Both the position numbers and the translations under genes were made by a program. From Octopus sinensis (taxonomy: Eukaryota), in contig NC_043005.1 of NCBI RefSeq assembly GCF_006345805.1, forward strand, positions 8,556,001-8,620,000: a stretch of DNA of 64,000 nucleotides, given 5' to 3'. The notes under the pieces were generated by a model, which was given only the letters and a program-made list of their open reading frames with translations, was not told the origin of the DNA and made no database searches. This document shows, one piece after another, positions 12,109-25,735 of this stretch (position 1 is the stretch's first letter; every line of letters starts with the position of its first letter).

Positions 12109-14155
12109 CACATACATATATATATGTAGATGTATATGTATGCATACATATATACATACATACACAATAATTGGTCATTTCGAAATATATTTATCCTTCA
12201 TAATTTAATTTTTTTTCTCTATATCAATGATACAAAACACAAGGACACTGAATCTATACAATTTTATCTCCTCATGAAAGTGTAATGATGGGCGGAAAGC
12301 TAGGGTATCCATAGACATATTAATATGCAAACATTGATACACACACGCACACACATAGAGGTCATGTATTTTTTGAAGATATCCTGTCTTTGTATAAATG
12401 ATCACCTTTTATTTTTATATGAGATATTACCGTGGCGTTTGCCAAGTCCGATGTGAAACCACCATCTAGCTTAGGAATAGCGTTATAGGTGATGAAGGAT
12501 GATGCATTGACTAATATATTTCAACTCTACATATCTATTAATAGCTTTTCTCCATTTTCTGAATAAGGTTAGATTCTTATTAGTTTTGAACATTTTTCAG
12601 AAAGAATTTGAGATGCTTCATTATCAAATTAGTTTTGGTGGAACTTACTTGGTATGTGTAAATTGAACTGGATATAGAATGTTTCATGACAAATAAATCT
12701 CATATAATTTTTCCGAATATATCAAGCAATATTTCTGTAAGATGTATATCATTGTAAGATTTCATTGCTTACTATGTGAGTTTTATAACCTCAATTATCA
12801 ATATTAGACGGAGATTAACATGCTTTAGATTGATTTCAATACAGTTTAATACGTGATGACAAAAGAAATGAATAACGTGAATCCATGTTTTTTTTTTTTG
12901 CCTTGCAAAAAAAATCCCCTTTTTTCTAAGCTTTTTTTTACGAATTTAAATAACGTCAATGATTTAAGATCTCACGCCTTCGGCAACTCTCGTATAAATA
13001 GATAATTAAATGGTGTGGTATTGTTTTGTTTCTCACATTCATAAAATTTTAAGAGAAATTATTTCAGATGGTATCTATTTAAATTAAAAGTAACATAATT
13101 TCTGCTACGAAGAGTAATAGTGTGACTATGAAATCAGCAGCTGGTGTTGGTTATAGATAAAAATTGTGTTCACTTACTATATTTACCTAAAACATAAATT
13201 AATATACACTAAAAGAACAGACAGCACTCGAAAACATGAATGGATTATAAAATACTACAAAAGAGGGAAGCGAGTTAAGTTACTACATGTTTATGTCGCA
13301 CTATGATACTGGGAGTTATTTTCTGACCCTATGTCAAGAAGTTAACTTCAAGATCGATGGGTTTTGAACTAAAAACACTATTAGCCAAACACTATAATAT
13401 CGTAATATTTCAATTCTGGTTATTTCAGTCTCAGATTAATGTATATTGATTGACCTCAGTAAATGCGATTTATGGGACTGTCATGCCTTCTACGACATTG
13501 GTAAAGAAGAAATTTATTGTGAAAACAACCTAAGCATAGTTGCAGATAGATCCCATAAAGTCTTTAACTGTATGCATTCTTTACAATTTCCCCAGCCTCT
13601 TCATCAGCATGAGAACTCATACACCTCTTCTAATAAACAATTTGCAGCATTTTCGATCCATTTTTCTACAAAAAGATTGGTCGCAATTTAGTATATAATT
13701 TAGATATTGTGGTTTACTATTAATATCGATACAGACTTACATAGATTTATGTGTTTCATGTTGTAGTTTAATTTTAAAGTTAACGTTTAACCCTGCCTAT
13801 ATTTAGACTGAATACTGTTGTACATAGGGTAAATGTGTTTGAAAGTTATGATGCTTTTTGGTATGTTTGTTACCAAATAACACTTCTTTTAGTACTATTG
13901 ACACCGTCTGATTGTTTGGTTCTGCCCAGGTCTCGAAACTATAATGATATCTGATGATAGGGGTATGTCGGATTGTTGTTATGTTTTTTTGTATACGAGG
14001 AATAGTGTTACAACACATCCTTTTGATATATATATATATATATTATACACATACACTGGAGTAAGCACATAAATGAGAAACAAGGTGGAAAAAAGAGTAC
14101 TCAAATACCAGAGGCAGAGTAATATGCGTTATTTAAAAGCAGCAGAAATATAACA

Positions 14156-14200
14156 AAAGCTGTTACTCAGAGTTTCACGTTCCTGTTCGTCGGACAGTTT
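14156..14200 (-). ncRNA. Minimal type I hammerhead ribozyme, core mutated (CCGACGA)
   Basis: Minus strand aaactgt-CCGACGA-ac..gt-GAAA-CTCTGAG-TA-acagcttt; stem I ctgt/acag. Confidence 0.55.
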
Positions 14201-14951
14201 TGTTAAATAGAACAAAATTAACAATTTGATCAAAACTAGTTAAAGGATAACCCTTTAAAAATAGTTTTGTTTTATTGCTCCTTTCAAATAACGGTCTTAA
14301 GTATACGATAAACAAAATAAACAAAATAAATAAATTCAATATAAATTATAAATTATAAAAATCGAGGAAAAACTTTGTATCGAAGAGCGTATTCAAAATA
14401 CACATTATCATTAATTATATAAAATATAATTCGATTAATACAATTAATACATTAACAATTAAACTATTTCACAACAGTATATACGCATACTAAAGCATCA
14501 ATATACATATATACATCAAAATACAGAGATAGATGAACACAGACACCCAGACACGCAAACAAATTTAAAATGTCGACTAGCAATATCCCATATGGATAGT
14601 GCATATCTTTTATTCTTGGACTAGATTTTAATCACACTGTTAGATTTATTTCGTATTATGCATGTGAGCAGGTATCGCCTGATAACTTACTCTGTCATGG
14701 TCAATGCGACGATCACACGATACACACCTTCCTTCCAAGCACTTTTGTAAAACCTAGTACGCATAGACAGCAGAGTTAAAAGTCAATCTTTGCTAAGTAG
14801 TTTCATACTGCGTGTTTTATCTCTGTTACCATGGCAGCCGTCCGGGCACTTATTGATCAGCCCTCGTATATATGTGTGTATATATACATACGTACATACA
14901 TGTATATATACATACATATATATAAACATATATATATATATATGTTATATA

Positions 14952-14989
<38 letters not shown>

Positions 14990-14996
14990 TAAATAT

Positions 14997-15412
14997 TAGG
15001 GAATAAATCCAAACTTACAGGGAAAAATCAGATTTAGGATTGAATCCAATTTTATAGTAAAATATTATATTATATTAAATTAGAGATAAAACCACTATTA
15101 GGCAAATCATACAATGAAAACTTAAGCCAATACATAAGATTATTTAATTTATATTATTTAAATATATAACAAATTATTAAAAAAATATAATTAATATAAC
15201 ACTACGATCGTTTTATGACTGTTAATAATTTCTTTAAATTTAAATTTAAAGAAATTAACAGCCATGAAACGATCGTAGTGTTATATTAATTATATTTTTT
15301 TAATAATTTTGTTATATATTAAATAATATAAATTAAATAATCTTATGTATTGGCTTAAGTTTTTCATTGTATGATTTGCCTAATAGTGGTTTTATCTCTA
15401 ATTTATATAATA
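14997..15412. mobile_element. PLE-like terminus with a palindrome of about 340 bp
   Basis: Arms about 15066-15241 and 15242-15412 are near-perfect reverse complements; contains GAAACGATCGTA; (TA)n on both sides. Confidence 0.8.
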
Positions 15413-15469
15413 TATATATATATATGTATTATATATTATATGTATATATATATATTGTAATATATATAT

Positions 15470-15548
<79 letters not shown>

Positions 15549-15550
<2 letters not shown>

Positions 15551-16059
15551 AACAAATCAAATTGCGATAAAATAAAAATAATTATTTTCGCTGGTATTTC
15601 TAGCACAAGCCATATATTTTTCATATATCAGTACATTAAGGCGAATATGTGCTAGGACACAGAAGGTAGATAAATTTAGTGAAATGAAGATAAAAACATT
15701 TACTAACTCGGTTACTCTTAGACTGCAGTTTCTTTCTTTTCATCAATAAGATAATTTATTTGCTCAGGGAGAATTCATCGGTAAGAGCCCTGTTGTTCTG
15801 AGATCCTAACTCACTAGAAGCATGTGCTTCTAATGATTTACTCTCTCTAACTAATCAATCACTGCGCATACTCCGAACGTCCCGACAAAACTAGGGATTT
15901 CTGGTATATCGTCTAGCGCTCAAAATTTATCGAGAAATATGTACAAATCAAATTGCGATAAAATAAATAATATTTTTTTCGCTGGTATTTCTAGCACAAG
16001 CCATATATTTTTCATATATCAGTACATTAAGGCGAAATATGTGCTAGGAACACAGAAGC
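15549..16059 (+). repeat. Direct duplication of about 115 bp (15549-15665 and 15941-16059)
   Basis: Near-identical text, differing mostly by 1-nt indels. Confidence 0.85.
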
Positions 16060-16063
16060 TATA

Positions 16064-16117
<54 letters not shown>

Positions 16118-16646
16118 TTATTCATATATTGCTTTCAGCCATTTATCTTTATTCTTTTTCAATGATTACATATCTAATTTCTATTATATTTCAGAAATTG
16201 TTGTACATCCAACGTTTTACAATTCGTTTCACTTTCTTTTCTGTAATTTTGTTATTCTATTAAGTATAATTGTACAACAACACCCTCATGGTTTTATAAA
16301 AATTAGCCGTTTATGCCGACCTAATACGCAAATATGTATAAGACCATACGTAAATATCTATTTAGGAAACACATTAATACACAAAAGTTCTCATATATGC
16401 ACACCTATACACACATAAAGATGCATTCCTAAATATCCACATACTCTTTATGTGCATAGTAGATGCTTATAAAGCCATCTAGAGGATGTTAATTTCAAGC
16501 TATCTGGTAACGTAATAAAGCCCCATCATGTTTATATTATTTTATTAGTAGTCCCTCAAGTAAAGAAAAGAATACGACAGATATTGAACGCCATTATCAG
16601 CAACGTATTATACGTATGCACTTATGTATATACGTACATGTATATA

Positions 16647-16702
<56 letters not shown>

Positions 16703-16949
16703 ATATATATATATATATATATATGTATACATGCATAAACATATATACACACTCACATATATACATATATATGTGTGTATGTATGTGCGTGAGTGGGTGC
16801 TTGTGTGTGTAGTGAACAAAACCACTCTTATGTTTGTTTCTAATTAAGGATGAAATATGATTGTCCTCCACTGTTTGCATATATAATCACATATGCAGCA
16901 AAAGATATAACATCTCATATAAATACAAGCACATCGGTTACACACTACC

Positions 16950-16950
16950 A

Positions 16951-16992
<42 letters not shown>

Positions 16993-17025
16993 CACCACCA
17001 CTACTACAACTACTACTACTACTAT
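16950..17025. repeat. (TAC)n(CAC)n compound microsatellite
   Basis: Direct reading. Confidence 0.95.
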
Positions 17026-17429
17026 ACATACACGCATATTTACATGTATGTATAACACACACATACATATAATATAATTTGTATGTATTCATACGTATGT
17101 ATATAAATAGGTGTGTATGCATGCGCGTATGGTGGTGTGTATTATTTGTTTTGTGTGTATTATGTTTGAGTAGCACCAGTTAAGAAGTGACTGAGATGTT
17201 TGTACATGGATGTTCGTACATGGGTGTTCGTACATATCGCTTCAAAAATTTGGAGTCTAATTTTGTATTTATTGTGAGAAAACATTGAAATTCGTGTATC
17301 GTGTGAACAATGTGTATTGTTTTAATCAAATTGTATACTTGAGCATTTCAATGAGTATAAAAAAATATTTTCCATAAATATATAAAAAAAAAGTGTGTTG
17401 TCTGTCATGAAGTGTTGAACCAAAACAAA

Positions 17430-17810
17430 ATCTTCTGCTTCAACTGGAATATTGTAGAAAATTAACAGACAACGCATCAATGGTTAGTCGTAAAATGTTG
17501 TGGCTCTTAAACGATAATGCAAGAATACGTATTGCCTTTTTAGCGCGAAATATTTCCTGTGTTACTATCAGGAAAATATTATGGTACTAAATATGGAGGT
17601 TTTGCCTCATACTCCCTACTGTTCTGACTATGGTTACCATCTATTTAGATCAGTGTAACAGCATAGGGAACCACTGTAATCGTGACGAAGTTGAACATGT
17701 TATTGAACATTTCTTTGCTTCGAAACCTGATAACTTTTACATCCGAAATATCAACAATTTTGCAAATAGATAGTATTATGTTGTACAACAGAAATAATTT
17801 GAATAAATAT
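17430..17810 (+). pseudogene. Decayed mariner transposase C-terminus
   Basis: LLNDNARI (cf. HDNARPH), EVLPHTPY..YHLFRS (cf. YSPDLAPSDYHLF) and FFASKPDNFY. Confidence 0.75.
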
Positions 17811-18332
17811 AACAATTAAAACCAAAGAAGCATTTGTTTTTTTCTACCTCAGAATGCAAGAGGACATTTTAGCTGTAGAAAGGAACTTTCTGGGCTATGT
17901 GGAAACTACAGTTATGACACATGACAAAGAGGATATGAAGCTTTTAGGGTTTTGTAATGCACCTTTATTAAAGGTTGCTTTCATGACTAAGGGCAGAGAG
18001 ATAGATTCGTTTTGTTGTAAATGGAACAAAAGGGAAAGAAATGATGATAAACATAAAGTCTTTCTCCACAATAAAATGTAGCCAACAACATAGATTAATG
18101 GTTAGCAGACTCAAGAAAAGGAAAGAAATCCTAATTATTGTTTCACTCCAAGCCAACCATTGTCAAGTAGAAATATATCATAAAGAGCATACCAGCTATA
18201 ACCATATCATTTTTTTTTTCTAATTACAGTGTATCTAGGACTATATTATCAAATGCGTCCTTCCTTCTCTTCCTTCTTAAAACTTAGTATGATCTAAGGA
18301 AAATTCCTTGTGTGTATGTATATATATATATC

Positions 18333-18631
18333 ACGTAATCACGTAACGACCAGACCATCAGATGTTGTTACACATCACTGGTCACAATGCGTTCACAATG
18401 TTTTACCCTTCGAATGACGCCACCCCGCTGGCTAAGCGAGCAGGCCAACAGAAGAAAGTGTGGGTGAAAGAGTGGTGAAAAAGTACAGCAGGGATCACCA
18501 CCCCCTGCCGGAGCCTCGTGGAGCTTTTAGGTGTTTTCGCTCAATAAACACTCACAACGCCCGGTCTGGGAATCGAAACCGCGATCTTGCGACTGCGAGT
18601 CCGCTGCCCTAACCACTAGGCCATTGCGCCT

Positions 18632-18634
<3 letters not shown>
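18333..18634 (-). mobile_element. tRNA-derived SINE (second family)
   Basis: Minus strand head ggaggcgcaaTGGCCTAGTGGttagggcagcggactcgcagtcgcaagatcgcGGTTTCGATTCCC continues into a non-tRNA body. Confidence 0.8.
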
Positions 18635-18709
<75 letters not shown>

Positions 18710-19835
18710 GCATACATACATACATACATACATAAATGCATGTGTGAGTGCATAACTACATAAATAGGTATACGAGCATACACATATATAGATATGTTTG
18801 TGCGTGTGCGGAGTTGTATGTGTGTATGTGTGTCTGTGCGTGTGTGTGTACGGTGTATGTGTGTGTGTGTGTATGCGTTCGTGCGTGTGGGACTGTGTGT
18901 ATGCGCGCTCGCACATGTGCTCGTGCGAGTGCATGTGCGTTGTTAGAATATATCTTAATTCCTTGCTTGGTTTGAATAAACTTACCAAAATTATGCGGAA
19001 TTTATCTCTTTTTAAAAATTTTCTTTGAACTTTCAAAGCCAGTATTGGTGAGCTGATTTTATTGTAGGACGATTTTTCCCCGTTTTATACAGTTCACAAA
19101 GCATAGTACAAGGCTATAGTAATGTCGATGCATTCCGATATACCTAGCAACGGATATTTATTGCTGACCAAGAAAACTGCTTATGTTTCGTCTGAAAGAA
19201 AATATATTAAAAATAGAAAAACAATTTAAAACCAATTTTTACTAAAAAATATACATTTTCTCTAGTGATGGATTAAACCTAAAGGGCTGAAGACAGACTA
19301 TGATATTTTTGGCAATGTCCCCATGAAATTGGTCTCAAATTTCACTTGCAAAGGAAAGCGAAGTAGGAATGAGAAGTGCTGAGTTAACATTAAGCCGAGG
19401 TCGACTTTGCTTTTTCCCTCATTCGGAGTAGATAGAATAAGTTCCAATAGAGCACTGGGGTCTGTCCCTGAAATTACTACCAAAATTTGAAAACACTACA
19501 CGGCAAATGGCTAGAATCGGTAAAATGTAAGTAATGATAATATTGCGTGGAAGTCGTGCCGGTTAAATTGTTTATTAGAATCGTTAGAACGTGTTGCAGT
19601 ATTTAGTAGCTGCCTTTATGTTCTGATTTCAGATTCCGCCGAGATAAACTTTAACTTTCGGTATTTCAGGGTCGGTAAAATAGAATACCATTCGAGTATC
19701 GAAAATCCCCATCCACGAAATTTTAAGACAGAGTCTGTAACTAGAATCGATTATTATTTAGGATTCAGTAATCCTATGGTATATTGGAAGAAGTTTAGAA
19801 GTAAAATGAAATATAAGTGTTATTTTATTTATATT

Positions 19836-20175
19836 TTACTTGTTTTAGTCATGGCCACGATGGGGCACTGCCTTGAAAAATGATTAGTCGAATGAGTCTA
19901 GCTTATTTTTGTTAAGCCTTGTACTTATTCCATCAGTCAACACTGGTTGTCAAGGCGTGAAGGTGGGAAAATGGAAACGTACAGACACACACAATATATA
20001 CATCACACCACTCATATATATATATATATATATATATACTATATATACTACGCGCTTTTTTCAGTTTGCGTCTAGCAAATTCCGGGGATATAGTAGGAGA
20101 TATTTACCCAAAGAACCACACGGTGCTACCGAACCTGGAACCATGTGATTGGGAAACAAGCTTGTTACCACACAA
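19836..20175 (-). mobile_element. Old, diverged tRNA/CORE-type SINE
   Basis: Degenerate tail, internal (TA)n and head in the same order as 40159-40582. Confidence 0.7.
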
Positions 20176-21296
20176 TATTAGGTATTTTATCTTTTAACTT
20201 TTTAATTTGTAGATGATTTTGTAGCTTTTATTGTTTTAACCCTCAGATTTGCTGTGATCGAGCAAATCTAAGGTCAAAAGCGTTCCAGCTATGACCATCC
20301 TATATTTCTTTTGGTTGGTTTAAGACTATATTAACTAATGTGTTATTTTTATTAGATATCAGGAAAATCTCCAAACAACAACCTATGAAAATTACTTTTA
20401 ATGAATTTGAGTTAAATAACTTTATATTTGGAAGAAAATATTATTCGATATATATTTTTCCTAGAGTGATTTTTGAAAGAATCACATGACTCAACTAAAC
20501 ATACACATGAACAGTCATAGGCACGCATATACATCCCATATTTTTGTGAAAGAATCACATGTCCAATTCATGATTTTTGTCAGCAATGAAGGATTTTGTT
20601 CAGAAGTTTATCTTGAGAGAAGTCACTTGGGATTATTATCACTACTTCTTTATTCGACGCACAAGAAGCTTTTTTAAAAAATAATTTTGCCTTGTTATAT
20701 CGTTTTTGTTCGACCCGTTTCCCTCTTGAAGTATAATATTCTGTTCATACATGCCTAGGCCAGTCTTTGTGTGAGGAAAACACCACAGTATTATTGGCAT
20801 TAAATGAACTTCTACCACAGCTGTCAAAGACCTATTTATCGAGCCGATTGTTGCTTATCTCTAGGAAAGCCCATTTAAAGGATATTTCAGTGATGATATT
20901 CTACTCCTTTATTAATTCTCTCTCACCACTGTGTGCTATGCATTCTATTTCATAATATCATCAATATCAGGGATTTTTTCCGCTTGGAGGAAATTACTAT
21001 CTCGAAGCTTTTCTATATTGCTTGTATTCAAATAATAATGTATTCAGTATGGAAATATCCACAGATGTGTGTACAAACACACATACACACACACAAACAA
21101 ACACACACACACTCACACAAACACACACACACTCATATATATATACATCTAAATAATATTAATAATATTAATACATACAAACATATGTGCATATTAACAC
21201 ACACACATACATGTGTGTCTGTTTCTATCTCTCTATCTCTCTATCTTTCTCTCTCTCTCTCTCTATGTATATCTCTATTTATATATCTATTATATA

Positions 21297-21470
<174 letters not shown>

Positions 21471-22918
21471 CTATATATACATTTATCTATCTATCTTTGT
21501 ATTTGTATGTCTATCCCTCTCGTACTCTTTCGCTTCTTCACACGTTCTCCTAATGCCCCTCTCTTTCTCTGCACGTGCACACGTATTTGTCTATGGACTT
21601 CCAATAGCTTAGAGGAGGTAGTCCAACACCCATCACCCGTGAAACATAGATGGACTAATAGATTCAGGGATGCAATTGTTTTAAGCTAAACATACAATTC
21701 TAACAAAGAAATAGGAAGAAAATCTTAAATAAAATCTATTAAGTTTGAACATTTCATATAGCATGCTTGGAAGAAAAGTTGTCCTTGCACCACCCATCCA
21801 TATATAAATAAACAGAGATATGACCACACTAGCATACAAAATCCCCAAATGCTGCATATTGTTATACATACTCACATATACATGTATATATATTACTTTT
21901 CAGGGTTCTTTACCGGCTGCGGCATGCATCAGTATATTTGGACAAGTGTGAACTAGGGGCAAGTTAGAAAACGCGTAGTTCTCGTAGTCAACTATGAAAA
22001 ATTCAGGAATTCATTGAAAAAGAATAGGCGATGAAATTTTCCTTAAGGAATTTTTATTTGAAAGTTATTTATTGAAAACAATATTTGTACAGAGATAAAA
22101 AGGAAGTAAGAAAGAGCAATTACGAGCGGTAAAGGAAAAACGATTTCACAGATAAAGATGAAGAGTGCGAATTAAGAGAGAGAGAGGAGGGAAGAAAGAG
22201 AACTTAATGATAAGTGAGAGAAGTATGAAAAGTAGAAATATAATAACAAAAGTTGCAAAGGAAACACCGCACAGTGACGGATATGAAGATGTGTAGAAAG
22301 TTTCTTCGGCAACATCTTTTAGGTCTGCTGATTGACGTTGAAAAGGTTATATTTAGAAAACATATATTTTAAAGGAATGCTGTTGAGATAAATAGCTTAT
22401 GTTGTGTATCGTTATAAAAAGGAGGCATAATGAATAAAACATCTAACAGGCGAGAGGGAGATGTGATGAAGAAATATGATGACACTCAAAACATTGGTTC
22501 GGTATACCGAAATGCATCAAATATTGATGGTTGCGGTTGGTCTTTTAGGAAAAGATCGTTAACAAAATCTGTTTAAAATAACATTAAACCTTCCAGAAGT
22601 TTTCACAGACAAAATAAAAGAACTTAAACTCTTCATCCGTATCTGTATATTTTGCAAATAAATATGAAAGGAAGAGGCGGCGGTTGTACGGTAATAGTTG
22701 TTCGTACCTCTTGTTTATATCTAAAAGTTAATTTTTATCAAATCATATCCAAACAGTTCATATTTAACGCTGGTTCATATAGCATAGTTTTTTCATAAAT
22801 CCGATATGAAATAATTCGCAAAGTCTATATTTCTCAGACAGCACTTTTGTTTCGTTTTGTAATTTGCTGCATTTGCCGTTCAGAAAATATAAGCAACGCT
22901 GATAAACGATACTATATC

Positions 22919-23104
22919 TTTTCTACTCTAGGCACAAGGCCCGAATTTATAGGAGAGTAGGGGCCAGTCTATTACATCGACTCCAGAACGGAACAGGTAC
23001 TTAATTTATCGACCCCGAAAGGATGAAAGGAAAAGTCGACCCCGGCGGAATCCACTAAGCTTTTCATCCGGCGTGCTAACAGTTCTGCCAGCTTGCTTCT
23101 TTGA
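22919..23104 (-). mobile_element. tRNA-derived SINE (third family, tail variant B) with 15-bp TSD
   Basis: Central ttatcgaccccgaaaggatgaaagg..aagtcgac; TSD aaacgatactatatc at 22904-22918 and 23105-23119. Confidence 0.88.
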
Positions 23105-23902
23105 AAACGATACTATATCGTCTACTTCATAGAACTATGCCTCCTTGAGCGGGAAGACTAAAACAGAAATTGGATTTTATAAGCACGAATTATTATCTTC
23201 TGTACTATTGTCTATTTGATCTCTCTTGTATAAACGGAACGCGAAATATTTCTTTTCAGATTTTCTAGGAATAATTTGCCTCTCGGCTGGTGCTGAGTAA
23301 AAGATGTAACGAATGAGGACATATGAATAAATAAAGCTAGAGATAGTGGTGCCTACAAATTAAACAAAGTGATCGAGCTGCGAACTTGTTTGAAGTTTGC
23401 TAAATTCAAAAGTAACTTTTTTTCTTTTTCATTGGTTTTACCTTCTGTTGGTTCACTTGACTTGCACTTCTCTTGAACCTATCAACTATATTAAGTGAAT
23501 ACTGACATTAAGTGAATGAAAAAGTACTGAAGAGCAAAAGATATTTGGTTTGAGAAGAAGTGCTATATTGGACATATATAATTAAGAGATTAGAAGTTGG
23601 AATGAAGATAACAGAATAAAAGCAAGAACATACGAATATGTTAATACATAATATCGATGTTGCTACGCGAGCTTCTCAAATGTACATATGCCGACGTCAC
23701 GTCTAGCTTGCCAAGTGAGGAAAATCTAGAGAGAAAAGTCAGGACGAAATGGTGCTGGACAAAGCGGTGAGAGGAATTGCTTCACCTTGAGATAAAAATG
23801 TATGCACTAGAAATTGAGAAAGTCTTTTCATTCATGTTTCTTTCCACTCCAATTCTTTTTCCTAATTATATCATTTCTATTGAACTATATCATTACTATT
23901 AA

Positions 23903-24500
23903 GGCGGCGAGCTGGCAGAAACGTTAGCACGCCGGGCGAAATGCTTAGCGGTATTTCGTCTGCCGCTACGTTCTGAGTTCAAATTCCGCTGAGGTCGACT
24001 TTGCCTTTCATCCTTTAGGGGTCGATAAATAAAGTACCAGTTACGCACTGGGATCGATGTAATCGACTTAATACCTATGTCTGTCCTTGTTTGTCCCCTG
24101 TGTGTGTAGCCCCTTGTGGGTAATAAAGAAATAGGTATTTCGTCTGCCGCTACGTTCTGAGTTCACATTCCGCTGAGGTCGACTTTGCCTTTCATCCTTT
24201 AGGGGTCGATAAATAAAGTACCAGTTACGCACTGGGATCGATGTAATCGACTTAATAGCTATGTCTGTCCTTGTTTGTCCCCTCTGTGTGTAGCCCCTTG
24301 TGGGTAATAAAGAAATAGGTATTTCGTCTGCCGCTACGTTCTGAGTTCAAATTCCGCTGAGGTCGACTTTGCCTTTCATCCTTTAGGGGTCGATAAATAA
24401 AGTACCAGTTACGCACTGGGATCGATGTAATCGACTTAATACCTATGTCTGTCCTTGTTTGTCCCCTGTGTGTGTAGCCCCTTGTGGGTAATAAAGAAAT
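23903..24500 (+). mobile_element. Third-family SINE trimer, 184-bp period
   Basis: Full head ggcggcgagctggcagaaacgttag; units restart at ggtatttcg at 23950, 24134 and 24318. Confidence 0.92.
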
Positions 24501-25152
24501 ATATATCATTTCTATTGAACGTAATTCTATTCTCATCCTGCATCCCTCGTTGATTTTCCCAATGATTTTAATTTAATTAGAATACGTTAAAAAATTGGGT
24601 ACATATTTCAGCTCACTTAATATCAACTTCATATTTTTAACCATCACCAATTTTCTCTATGTCTTTTCTATAAAAGCCTGAAATTAAATGTTAATGAAGC
24701 CGTTTATATTTCTTCAGTTACATTCATACTTGAATCTTAAAACATCTTTAAACAGTATTATTCAAAATAAAATTTAAATTCGAATACTTAAGTTTTTAAT
24801 ATAGTATACATTTACACAACCAGTTTAATTTATAACAGGCGCCCCTCATCAAACTTCATTTGTAAGAAACCGAGATATTATTTTTATACTTACACTTTTA
24901 AAGATACAAATTTATTATTTTAATTTTGGAGTTACTTTTCACTTTTATTCATAAATAGCAAACGATAATTTTTTTCAATCGAACTAAAAAACATTACAAC
25001 TATTACAGTAACGGCGCGACTGTATATACATTATAATACCATGAAAATCTTCGAAAATATACAAGTAAATACACTTGGGCAGAGAATTCGAGATCATTAT
25101 TTTAGTTCTAGAAATTTTCACAAGATTTTAAACGAAATTTTTTAGTCTAGTG

Positions 25153-25667
25153 CAGTGATTCGCAAAATGGGCGGTACAGCCGCCCCATGGGTCTGTGTGT
25201 GCGTGTGTGTGTGAGGAACAATCGGTAAGGGGAGTTGAAAAAATGGGGCGAAAATGTTGTAGCCAAAGCGGGGCGCTGGATGGCAGTATCCACTCCTAGT
25301 TTTCATGGGTGTACTGTTGGATTTAGGAAATAATGTTCGAAAATCGATATGAAAAATGTTGGTGGAAGTTAGTTTTCTTCTCCAAACGCGAACAAAATAG
25401 TTTACTGATGAAAATAATTCCTTAAAGAGACTAAAGAAATGATACTAAAAAGCAAAAGAAAAAGAAACAACAACAATAACGTCAATAAGAACAGCAAAGC
25501 GAAAGAATATATATGTGTGTGTGTGTGTATGTATATATATACACACATATATATATATACACACATATATATATATATACACATAAATACGTATGTATGT
25601 ATGCATGCATGCATGTATGTATGTATGCATGTATGTATGTATGTATATATACGTATGTATATGTATG

Positions 25668-25735
<68 letters not shown>

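Noticed and set aside
13430-13505. Acceptor/donor pair around IDLSKCDLWDCHAFYDIG
   Set aside because: Stops in all frames directly after the plausible acceptors
17853-17973. Candidate exon after tttttctacctcag (MQEDILAVERNFLGYVETT...)
   Set aside because: Good acceptor but weak donor, adjacent to a mariner end, and no recognisable domain
18555-18634. tRNA gene (Ala-CGC-like loop)
   Set aside because: The acceptor stem does not close and the sequence continues into a SINE body
18990-19060. Minus-strand exon ending in a GTAAGT donor
   Set aside because: A donor alone is expected by chance; short frame with no homology cue
23903-24500. CRISPR-like regular array
   Set aside because: The units are whole SINE copies without unique spacers, in a eukaryotic context
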